Source: Alphaproteobacteria bacterium
Lineage (GTDB): Bacteria > Pseudomonadota > Alphaproteobacteria > SHVV01
Direction: 5' to 3'
DNA: 64,000 nt
NCBI GenBank assembly: GCA_965261735.1
Contig: OZ253470.1
Span: 4,608,001-4,672,000 of the forward strand
The position numbers and the translations under genes are program-made. Under the pieces are notes generated by a model, which saw only the letters and a program-made list of their open reading frames with translations, did not search any database and was not told the origin of the DNA. The first letter of the stretch is position 1; each line of letters starts with the position of its first letter. Positions 43,211-52,273 of this stretch are shown here, piece after piece.

Positions 43211-44065
43211 TTAGAAGCGGGCCACCAGATCGCCAAACATCGGTCCAGGCCGCTTCCGGCGGTTATAGCGATACTCAAACTCCTTCACATACTTCTGAAG
43301 GTGCTTCCCGGACACATGAACGTGCGTCCCGCGAATCGACAGCTTCAACCGCGCCCAAAAGCCCTCAATCGAGTTCACATGGCTAGAGCCGCGCGCGTAC
43401 TGGCCCGCGCTGTGGTTGACGGTCTGGTGCGTATACCCAATCGTCGCCAATCCGCTGTAAGACTTGAGTTCGTCAGTATGAACGGTGCTACCCGGCTCGA
43501 CGTTCTCGGAGATAAACGCCTGCAAAGTCCGCTTTCGAACGTTCGGGACAACGTTCGCCATCACGTCGCCGTCGCGCTCCAGCATCCCGAACACCACGGT
43601 CTTGTTCGGAGCGCCGCGACCGCGCTTGCCACCGGTCGTACGGCCACCAACATAGGTCTCGTCGGCTTCAATATCGCCGTCCAGCGGCCACTCTCCGTCA
43701 GTATTAGCCATGTGTTTGCGGATCAAATGGCCCATGCGCCAAGCCGTGGGATAGGACACGTCAAGTTGGCGCTCCAGTTCCTTCGCGGGGACGCCGTGGC
43801 GCGATGTGGTGAACAGGAATATGGCGTAGAACCACTTGTGAAGCGGCAGATGCGTGCGGTGCATGAATGTGCCTGCGCACGGATAAATGTGGTGTTTGCA
43901 GTGCTGGCAGAGATACGCGCGATCACGTGCCAGGCGGTAGAACTTCCCATGCGCCCCGCACTTCGGGCAGTCAATCTCGGTGCCGCCGTAACGCTTCACC
44001 ATTATGTGGTGAAGGCACGCCTCGTCATCGGGAAACTGCTGCTGAAAATCGTAGAAAGTCGTCAT
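43211..44065 (-). CDS. IS1595-family transposase
   Basis: FPDDEAC, CPKC..CQHC, EADETYVGG, HTDE, HVNSIEGFW, EFEYRYNRR. Confidence 0.92.
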   Translation of the reverse strand: MTTFYDFQQQFPDDEACLHHIMVKRYGGTEIDCPKCGAHGKFYRLARDRAYLCQHCKHHIYPCAGTFMHRTHLPLHKWFYAIFLFTTSRHGVPAKELERQLDVSYPTAWRMGHLIRKHMANTDGEWPLDGDIEADETYVGGRTTGGKRGRGAPNKTVVFGMLERDGDVMANVVPNVRKRTLQAFISENVEPGSTVHTDELKSYSGLATIGYTHQTVNHSAGQYARGSSHVNSIEGFWARLKLSIRGTHVHVSGKHLQKYVKEFEYRYNRRKRPGPMFGDLVARF

Positions 44066-44179
44066 TATTTCCTCCTGTCCCCTGCATATGGGGATTGAGA
44101 TGTGACGTGTCAAGTTGATAATCGCGTTCTATTATCTAATGATGACGTCGTTCATGAGTACATGACCCAATGCCGTCCG

Positions 44180-45544
44180 ATGAGCGATAGCCTCACCGAG
44201 AGCTTCGTCACCTTCGCCACCGGAATCGGCGAGCACAATATCCCTGATGCCGCCGTGAGGGCCGTTCGCACGGGCTTCACCGACGGCGTCGCGGCGATGG
44301 TCGCCGGCCTCGCCGAGCCCGTGGCCGACGTGCTCCTGCGCACCGTTCGCGCGGCTGGCGGCGCACCCCAAAGCCGCATCGCGCTTCGCGAGGAGCGCGC
44401 GCCGGCGCCCGAGGCGGCGCTCGTCGGCGCGGCGTCCGCGCATGCGCTCGACTTCGACGATTACGCCTTCAGCTGCCATCCGAGCGCGGTGATGGTGCCG
44501 GCGATCCTGGCCGAGGCCGAGGTCGCGGGCGCGAGCGGCGCGGATATGGTGAGCGCCTATGTCGCCGGCTACGAGATATGGGCCAAGCTCATGAGCCGCG
44601 AGCCCGGCCACCTCCATACCAAGGGCTGGCACCCGACCGGCGTGTTCGGTCCCGTCGCCGTGGCCGCCGCGATCGCCGTGCTCGGGCGCTTCGATGCCGA
44701 TACGACGCGCCATGCCGTGGGCATCGCAGCCTCGCATAGCAGTGGTGTGATGGCCAATTTCGGCACGATGACCAAGCCTTATCACGCCGGGCGCGCCGCG
44801 CAGGGCGGCATCGTTGCGGCGCGCCTCGCCGCCAACGGGCTGAGCGCGGGCGATCGTGCCGTCGATGCCCCAAACGGGCTTCTCGCCGCTCTGTCGCCGG
44901 CTGGCGCCGTCGATCTCGAGACACCCATCACCACGCTCGGCCGCGACTGGTATATCGAGCGCCACGGCGTCAACGTGAAGAAATATCCGATGGTCGGTGC
45001 ATCGCAGCGCTGCATCGACGCGGCGCTGCAGCTAAAGACCGATCACGGTATCGAGGCGGCCAGAATCGCGCGGATTGTCGCCCGGGTCAGTCCCCGGCAT
45101 GCCGAAGTCATGCCCTTTCACGCGCCGGCCACGGGCCTGCAGGCGAAGTTCAGCCTAGAGTTCGCCCTCGCCAGCGCTTTCCTCACGGGCCGCGTCGGCC
45201 TCGGCGAAGTGACCGATTCCTTCGTCCAGCGCGACGACGTTCAACGCCTGATGCGCCGCGTCGAGATCGAGCGCAGCGCCGACGACGATCCGCTCTATGC
45301 GAACGGCGCCCGCGCCGATCTGGTCACGGCGTGCATGGACGACGGCGCGGTTCTCGTCAGCGATGAGGTAACCCGCGCCCGCGGCCATGGCCTGGTGCCG
45401 CTGTCGGCGGACGAGCTGTGGGCCAAGTTCGCCGACTGCACCCGTGAGCGCCTGTCGGATCGGGAGTCGCGCGCATTGTTCGAGGTGCTGCAGCGGATCG
45501 AAACCCTCGACTCGGCGGCGGAGATACCGAGCGTCCCCGCTTGA
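44180..45544 (+). CDS. MmgE/PrpD family protein
   Basis: AHALDFDD, HPS, GWHPT, FGTMTKPYHAG, KKYP, AKFS. Confidence 0.88.
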   Translation: MSDSLTESFVTFATGIGEHNIPDAAVRAVRTGFTDGVAAMVAGLAEPVADVLLRTVRAAGGAPQSRIALREERAPAPEAALVGAASAHALDFDDYAFSCHPSAVMVPAILAEAEVAGASGADMVSAYVAGYEIWAKLMSREPGHLHTKGWHPTGVFGPVAVAAAIAVLGRFDADTTRHAVGIAASHSSGVMANFGTMTKPYHAGRAAQGGIVAARLAANGLSAGDRAVDAPNGLLAALSPAGAVDLETPITTLGRDWYIERHGVNVKKYPMVGASQRCIDAALQLKTDHGIEAARIARIVARVSPRHAEVMPFHAPATGLQAKFSLEFALASAFLTGRVGLGEVTDSFVQRDDVQRLMRRVEIERSADDDPLYANGARADLVTACMDDGAVLVSDEVTRARGHGLVPLSADELWAKFADCTRERLSDRESRALFEVLQRIETLDSAAEIPSVPA

Positions 45545-45553
45545 TGCTTGCGC

Positions 45554-46387
45554 CTACCGCTTCAGGAACTCCTTCGCCAGGCTGACGACCCTCTCCGAGT
45601 GCTCGATGTGGGGCAGGTGGCCGCACTTATCGATGACGTGGAGCTCGGCCCTGGGCATGCTCTCGACCGCCACCTCGATCCTCTCCCAGTTGGCGCGCGG
45701 GTCCTGCTTGCCGGCGATGACCAGCGCTGGCACCTCGACCTGGTCGAGCTTGCCCACGATACGGTGGCCGATCGGTCCCTCCGCGTTGACGCGGTTCTTG
45801 TTGGCCTTGGTGTAGAACTCGACGCGGTCGGGCTGGGCGTACTGCGTGACCTGCATCATGAGGACGCCTTCCGGGATGCTTTCCGGGTCGTAAACGATGT
45901 TGGACAGGCGCCGGCGGCAGTCGGCGAGGTCGGGGTTGGCCATGGTCTTGGCCGAGTTCTCGAACGCGGCGCGCATCGACTTGCGGTAGTTCTCGTCGGT
46001 CGCGAAAGCCGAGCTGCTGCTGAGCATGATCAGCTTTTCGACCCGGTCCGGGACCTCGAAGTAGAGCAGGCCGACGATCAGCGCGCCGTAGGAGCTGCCG
46101 CAGGCATAGAATTTGTCTATCCCGAGCGCGTCCATGAAGTCGATCAGGTGGCGCACGGTGTAGGGCTGCGGAAGGTCCGTCCCGATGTCGACCGAGTCGG
46201 TAAAGCCGTGGCCGACGTTGTCGGGGGCGAAGACGGCGAAGTCCTCGGCCAGCGTGTCGATGCAGCGAATCCAGGCGTCCGCGGCCGTGCCGCCGCCGTG
46301 CACGAGGAGGAGCGCCTTGTCGTTGCCTTCGCCCTCGTAGAGGTAGCGCGTCCGCAGACCGCCTACGTCGATGAATTTCGCCTTCAT
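45554..46387 (-). CDS. Alpha/beta-fold hydrolase
   Basis: LLLVHGGG, APDNVGHG, GSSYGA nucleophile elbow, GKQD, CGHLPHIE. Confidence 0.85.
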   Translation of the reverse strand: MKAKFIDVGGLRTRYLYEGEGNDKALLLVHGGGTAADAWIRCIDTLAEDFAVFAPDNVGHGFTDSVDIGTDLPQPYTVRHLIDFMDALGIDKFYACGSSYGALIVGLLYFEVPDRVEKLIMLSSSSAFATDENYRKSMRAAFENSAKTMANPDLADCRRRLSNIVYDPESIPEGVLMMQVTQYAQPDRVEFYTKANKNRVNAEGPIGHRIVGKLDQVEVPALVIAGKQDPRANWERIEVAVESMPRAELHVIDKCGHLPHIEHSERVVSLAKEFLKR

Positions 46388-47435
46388 GCCGCCTCCTTTG
46401 CCCGCCGTGCAGGTCCAGTGCCGATCCACATGTTAGCCGCGCCGATGCCCGCGTGTCTTTCTTGCGCGGTATGGGCGCGGTCGGCTGGGAGCGAGAGGCG
46501 CGCTGTAACCCCACGAGGAACAACCGATGTCCCAAGCGGTGGCCAGATCCAAGCATCCCTTCCGCCCTGAGCCTGAATATTCGGGCACGCTACCGAGCTA
46601 CTACTACTGGGACCCGGAAATCTACGAGCGCGAAAAGGAGGAGATCTGGTTCAAGACCTGGCAGCTCGTCGGCCACACCATCGATCTCACGGAGCCGGGC
46701 GACTACTTCACCGCCGACATCCTCGATCAGAAGATTCTCGTGTGCCTCGGCAAGGACCGGAAGATACGCGCCTTCTACAATGTGTGCATGCACCGCGGCC
46801 ACGTGCTGGCCGAAGGGAAGGGATGCAAGAACATCTTCACGTGTCCCTTCCACGCCTGGTCCTATGACCTGACTGGCGCGCTCAAGGCCGCCGGCAACGC
46901 CGAGAACGTGGCCGGCTTCCGTTACGAGGAGTTCGGGCTGGCGGCGGTGCAGGTCGAGGTCCTGGCCAACATGGTGTTCGTCAACCTCGACCCGAATGCC
47001 GGCTCCCTCGCGGACCTGGTCCCGGGGCTCGAGGACGACATCCGCGCCTCGGTGCCCGACTACGATGACCTCAAGCTCGCCCGCATCGACGTGCTCGAGG
47101 TCCGCGCCAATTGGAAGTCAATCCTCGACGGGCTCGAGTGCTACCACTGCCCGATTATCCATCCCCACGTGTCGACCGGCAAGGAGGGCTATATCGAGCG
47201 CCGTTTCGTGGGCGACGAGTACGGCTACTGGCAGAAGCACACGTCCTACGGCAACCGCGAGGTCATCGAGAAGCACAAGGAGCGACTACCGCACGATCTC
47301 GGGACGGCCCAGGTCATCGACGTCCCGATCTACTACCTGTGGCCCAACCTCATCCTGATCGCGCACCAGGGGCCGAGCAACTTCAAGATCCTGCGCGCGG
47401 TGCCCGACGGGCCCGAGCACACCTATCGCATCAAC

Positions 47436-49616
47436 CTTGCCTATCCGGTTGACACCCACACCCACTAGGGCTAGTGGATTGATCGGAACGAAAGAGTCCG
47501 ATTTGAGATTCCGTATTGTGCGGTGTCATGCGAGTCTGTGCTATGCGCACCGGCATCCATTTTACTGTCACGTCTGGCGACCGTCAGCGATTGCAAGCTA
47601 TCGTCGCGGACCCGAAGAGCTCGCAGAAACATGTCTGGCGGGCGCGGATCATCCTGAAGAGCGACGAGGGGCTCGGGAACTCGTCGATCATGGCCGAGAC
47701 CGGCAAGTCCAAGACCTGTGTCTGGCGCTGGCAGGAGCGGTTCATGCACGAGGGTGTCAACGGCTTGCTTCGCGACAGGTCCCGTCCGCCTGGCAAAGCG
47801 CCGATCCCGCCGGAGCGCGTCGCCGAGATCGTCCGCCTGACCCAGCAAGCGCCGCCGCACGAGGCGACCCACTGGACGCTGCGCGCGATGGCGAAGGTTG
47901 CTGGCGTCGCGGCGTCGACGGTCCAAGCGATCTGGAAGGCCCATGGCCTCAGCCCGCACCGCTGGCGGCACTTCAAGCTCTCCAATGATCCCGCCTTCGC
48001 CGAGAAGCTCACAGATATCGTCGGCTTGTATGTCGATCCGCCGGCCCATGCCGTGGTGCTGTCGGTTGATGAGAAATCACAGATCCAGGCGCTCGACCGC
48101 ACCCAACCCGGCTTGCCGATGAAGAAGGGCCGCGCCGGTACGATGACCTATGATTACAAACGGCATGGCACGACGACGCTGTTCGCCGCGCTCAACGTGC
48201 TGGACGGTACGGTCATCGCACAGAACATGCAGCGCCACCGCCATCAGGAGTTCATCCGCTTCCTCAACCGCATCGAGCGCGAGGTGCCGACGGACAAGGC
48301 CGTCCACGTCATCCTCGACAACTACGCCGCGCACAAGAAGGACAAGGTCCGCGCCTGGCTCGCCCGCCATCCACGCTGGACCTTCCACTTCACGCCAACC
48401 TCGTGCTCGTGGCTCAATGCCGTCGAGGGCTTCTTCGCCAAACTAACGCGGCGCAGGCTCAAATACGGCGTCTTCCAATCCGTCGTCGACCTTCAGGCCG
48501 CCATCAACCGATTTGTCCGCGAATACAATGACGCAAACCCAAAACCCTTCATCTGGAAAGCCGACCCCGATCATATCATCGCCGCACGAAACAGAGGGTT
48601 CCAAACGTTGGAATCAATCCACTAGAATGGGCGCAACCCGGATATAGGGGAGCGCGCCATGGATGTTCTCGACCGCGCCGATCTCCCATTCCCGCATTCG
48701 CTACCCGAGTTCCAGCGACTTTTCCCCGATGATGCGGCCTGCGCCGCCTACCTGGAGAAAGCCCGCTGGGGAGACGGCTTTGCCTGCCCGCACTGCGGCA
48801 CGGCGGGAGAGCCGTTCCACTTTGAAAACCGCCCTGGCGTCCTGCGCTGCCGCAAGTGCCGCCAGAACACCGGGCTGACGGTGGGAACAGTGATGGAGCG
48901 TAGCCACACTCCGCTGAACGTCTGGTTCTGGGCCGCTTATCTGGTCGCCAGTCAGACGCCCGGCATGTCCGCCGTGCAGTTTCAGCGGCAACTTGGTCTT
49001 TCGCGCTACGAGACGGCCTTTCAAATTCTCCACAAGCTCCGCTCGGGCATGGTGCGGCCCAACCAAGACAGGATCGGTGGACAGCCCAAGAACCATGTTG
49101 AGGTGGACGAAACCTGGGTTGGCGGGCGAACGCGTGGGGAAGGCCGTGGTGTTCACCACAAGGTTCCCGTCTCCTGTGCCATCGACGTCGTGCTCGACCG
49201 TAGCGCCGAGTCGCTCTGTGGGTTCGTCGAGAGCACCGTCGCGCCGCGATCGCTGATCGTTACTGACGATTGGAGCGGCTATGCTGGCCTCGGTAAGCGC
49301 GGCTATGAGCACTTCGCTGTTGCCGAGTGTGGTGATCCAGAGGTTGCCGAGCAATACCTGCCGATCATCCATCTGGTTTTCGCCAACCTGAAGACGTGGC
49401 TGATCGGTATCCACCACGGCGTTAGCCACCAGCACCTACAAGCCTACCTCAACGAGTTCACCTTCCGCTTCAACAGGCGGTTCTACCCGTTCAACGCCTT
49501 CCGCTCATTGCTCGGCATCGCGGGCGACACCTCTGCTCCAACCTATGCCGAGCTTTACTCGGGAGAGTGGCGGCACCCTACATGTAGCGGTCATGGGCGT
49601 TAACCGGATAGGCAAG
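47436..49616 (+). mobile_element. IS1595-family element A, copy 2 (transposase 48659-49603, 75-bp in-frame deletion)
   Basis: IRs CTTGCCTATCCGGTTGACACCCA / TGGGCGTTAACCGGATAGGCAAG; 8-bp duplication GCATCAAC at 47428-47435 and 49617-49624; 314 aa versus 339 aa in copy 1. Confidence 0.92.
47475..48621 (+). mobile_element. IS630-family element, copy 3 (transposase 47543-48625), nested in IS1595
   Basis: CTAG at 47471-47474 and 48622-48625; the empty site is visible in IS1595 copy 1 (GGGCTAGAATGG); one D>A change versus copies 1 and 2. Confidence 0.93.
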
Positions 49617-49881
49617 GCATCAACTACAACTACTGTCTCAACGACCCGCCGAGCGAGCACGACCTATTGCAGATGAACCAATACCGCGAGGTCGTGTGGC
49701 CGCAGGACGTGGCGGCGATGGAGGGGCAGGCGGCCGGGCTCAAGGCGCGCGGCTACACGCAGGGCCGGCTCATGGCAGACGCCGAGCACACGTGGCAGCA
49801 GCGAACACGGCACCCACCACTTCGACAAGCTCGTGTGGGAGGCGCTGAACGGCCCCAACTACGACACGGCCTAAGGCCCTC

Positions 49882-50892
49882 TCAGACCAAATAGAGCCTC
49901 TCATCCGCCGATGCGGCAAGCGCCGCGGCCGGGTCGGGTGAACGGGCCGCGTGAAACTCGAGCAGCTGACCGTCGGGGTCGCGGATGAAGAAACTACGCT
50001 TGCAGGGCCCGTCGATGCTTTTCTCGATGGTGACACCGGCGCCCTTCAGCGCGCCCTCCGCGTCCTCGACCGCGCGTTCATCGGCGAGCGCATAGCCGTA
50101 ATGGTGCACCGCCGCGGCATCGCCGCGGAACAGGGCGACATCGAACGCGTAGCCGGCATGCGCGCCGGCGAAGCACACGGCGTCGCCGTCGGCCGATTCG
50201 GCAACGCGTTCGAGGCCAGCGACGGAGCTGTAGAAGTCGACCATGCGCTCGTGGAGGCGCGTGATCAGCACCGCGTGCGTGATGCGCGTGGGGTGCAGGG
50301 TAGCGCCCTCGACTTGCGTGATCTCGGGGCTGGGGTGGTAGCGGATGTCGGTCCACGAGGGCTCGCCGTCGGGGTCCCACTCGCCCGTCATTTCGCGCGG
50401 CGGAATGTGGCCGTCGAAGCAGGTCCACCAGTCCTTGACCGCATCGGCGTACATCTCGTGGAGGTGCCCGTCGGGATCGAACAGGTAGATGCTGCGTGAC
50501 ACCGTGTGGTCGGCCACGCGGTGCAGCTCGAGCCCTGTCTCCTGCGCGCGGTGGTAGGCATCGACCAGTGCTTTCTGGTGTTCGAGCTCCCAGCCGAAGT
50601 GATTGAGCCCCGGCTGGATGCCCCGGCCCTTGGGAATCTGGACGTGGCCGCCGCGGCCGATGACGGGTTCCGAATCCTCGCGCACCTGGCTGATGGCGAT
50701 GTCGTGGTGGGTGTTGCCGTTGGACATGAGGGCCGACTTGCGGCCGCCCTGCTCGCCGAAGGCGACCTCGAACCCGCATAGCCGGTGGTAGAAGTCGAAC
50801 GAACGCTCGAAATCGCCGACGAACATGTTGGCGTGGCCCAGCCGGCGCGGCGAGAACCGCACCTCGGTGCGTTCTTTGGTCTGCAAAGTCAT
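49882..50892 (-). CDS. Two-domain VOC protein (extradiol dioxygenase-like)
   Basis: RRLGHANMFV, NTHHDIA, GLNHFGW, DH..SRSIYLFDPDGHLHE; second module THAVL...DPDGQLLEF. Confidence 0.75.
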   Translation of the reverse strand: MTLQTKERTEVRFSPRRLGHANMFVGDFERSFDFYHRLCGFEVAFGEQGGRKSALMSNGNTHHDIAISQVREDSEPVIGRGGHVQIPKGRGIQPGLNHFGWELEHQKALVDAYHRAQETGLELHRVADHTVSRSIYLFDPDGHLHEMYADAVKDWWTCFDGHIPPREMTGEWDPDGEPSWTDIRYHPSPEITQVEGATLHPTRITHAVLITRLHERMVDFYSSVAGLERVAESADGDAVCFAGAHAGYAFDVALFRGDAAAVHHYGYALADERAVEDAEGALKGAGVTIEKSIDGPCKRSFFIRDPDGQLLEFHAARSPDPAAALAASADERLYLV

Positions 50893-50917
50893 GGCTTCCT
50901 CCCGATGTCGGCCGCGC

Positions 50918-52072
50918 TCACGCCGTGCCGTAGTTCTGCCCGTTGAGCGAGGTCCAGACGAGATTGTCGAACAAATGGACGATGTGTTCGCTTTGCCAAG
51001 TGCGCTCCTTGTCGACCATCAGCCGGCCTTCGCGATAGCCGCGCGCGTGCACCCCAACCTGCTGCAGCTCCATGGCGCGGATGTCCTGGGGGAAACCCAC
51101 GTCCCGGAAGTTGTTCATCGCCGCGAGCTCTACCTTGCTCGGCGGGTCGTTGAGCGTGAAATGGTCCATGGTGAGGAACGAGCTCTCCACCGATAGCGGC
51201 ACGGCGCGAATGATGGACACGTTGGGGCGCCCCTGACTGGACTGAAAGTACATGTTCGGCCACAGCCACCACACGTGCGTGTCCTGAAGCTCGTCGTTTG
51301 CGCTGAACACGTAGGGCATCGATTCGGGCCGATTGACCACCGTATCGTGATCGCCCGGGTTCACGTGCGAGGAGAAATACTCGTGCGGGACCGAGGTGCG
51401 GCGCTGGATGTGCTTGCCGATAAGCGCCTGCGGGTGAATGGTCGGGCAGTGGTAGCACTCGACCTGGTCGAACACGAACTTCCAGTTGGCATCGATCGTG
51501 TAGGTGTCGCGGCGCACGTGGTGGAGCTCGTCAAAGCGCGGGATCGCGGCGCGGTACTCCTGCTCGAGCTCGCCAACCATGTCGTGAAAGGGCCGCGCGT
51601 CCGGGTCGAGGTTGACGAACACCATGTGGGCGAGCGTCTCGACGCGAACCTCGGGCAGGCAGAAGTCGCCGTGATCGAAGCCGGCCACGTTCTCCGAATT
51701 GCCCGCCGCCTTGAGGTTGCCGTCGAGATCGTAGGTCCAAGCGTGGAACGGGCAGGTGATCATGCGTAACTGGCCCTTGCCCTCGAGCAAGGTGTGGCCG
51801 CGGTGCATGCACACATTGTAGAAGCCGCGAAGGCCCCCATCCTTGGCGCGCACGATGAAGATTTTCTGGTCGAGGATTTCGGCGGTGATGTAACTGCCCG
51901 GATCCTTCAGGTCGGCGAGGTAGCCGGCGCACTGCCAGGACTTGAACCAGATGGCCTCGCGCTCGCGCTCAAAGATCTCGGGATCGAAGTAGTAATGGGC
52001 CGGGAGCGTATACGAGAGCTCGGGGTCGGGGTGAAACCGGCTCTTGACCTCGGCGGCGGCGCTGGTAACCAT
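50918..52072 (-). CDS. CntA/YeaW-like Rieske oxygenase alpha subunit (paralogue 5)
   Basis: CMHRG...CPFHAW, NWKFVFDQVECYHCPTIHP, WPN, FPQD, GRLMVD..SEHIVHLF; GAGGAG RBS. Confidence 0.88.
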   Translation of the reverse strand: MVTSAAAEVKSRFHPDPELSYTLPAHYYFDPEIFEREREAIWFKSWQCAGYLADLKDPGSYITAEILDQKIFIVRAKDGGLRGFYNVCMHRGHTLLEGKGQLRMITCPFHAWTYDLDGNLKAAGNSENVAGFDHGDFCLPEVRVETLAHMVFVNLDPDARPFHDMVGELEQEYRAAIPRFDELHHVRRDTYTIDANWKFVFDQVECYHCPTIHPQALIGKHIQRRTSVPHEYFSSHVNPGDHDTVVNRPESMPYVFSANDELQDTHVWWLWPNMYFQSSQGRPNVSIIRAVPLSVESSFLTMDHFTLNDPPSKVELAAMNNFRDVGFPQDIRAMELQQVGVHARGYREGRLMVDKERTWQSEHIVHLFDNLVWTSLNGQNYGTA

Positions 52073-52273
52073 AGCGCTCTCCTCTCGACAGTCTGTGGAG
52101 CGATTCACCGGCCTGGCCTCAAGGTGAGGTGCCCGCGGGCGAGGCGGGGTACAAACCGCTAGTATCCACCCTTATCGCTACCCGGCCCTAGTTGGCAACG
52201 GCTATTTCCGCGCGCTATAGATCAGTTGTGACCTGTCGCCCGCGCGCGGGCGAGCTGCCCTTGGACAAAGCAA

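Larger units (their letters stand above)
42588..44126 (-). mobile_element. IS1595-family element B with passenger gene
   Basis: Perfect 25-bp IR CGCGATTATCAACTTGACACGTCAC; 8-bp duplication TTCTATTA at 42580-42587 and 44127-44134. Confidence 0.93.
37571..44168. mobile_element. Putative non-autonomous, IR-bounded cassette-like element (~2.0 kb core plus nested IS)
   Basis: TTAGGGTGTGTACTCA (37568-37583) and TGAGTACATGACCCAA (44155-44170) are 12/16 inverted matches at the two edges of a lower-GC block. Confidence 0.45.
46527..49874 (+). pseudogene. CntA/YeaW-like Rieske oxygenase alpha subunit (paralogue 4), interrupted by IS1595::IS630
   Basis: ...GPEHTYRIN/YNYCLNDPP... rejoins across duplication GCATCAAC; a further +1 frameshift at ~49798 precedes SEHGTHHF; stop 49872-49874. 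Confidence 0.9.

Noticed and set aside
37572-44150. Classical integron
   Set aside because: No integrase and no attC with RYYYAAC...GTTRRRY boxes; kept only as a cassette-like element.
29051-49616. Composite transposon bounded by the two IS1595-A copies
   Set aside because: Each copy has its own intact 8-bp duplication within a different gene, showing independent insertions.
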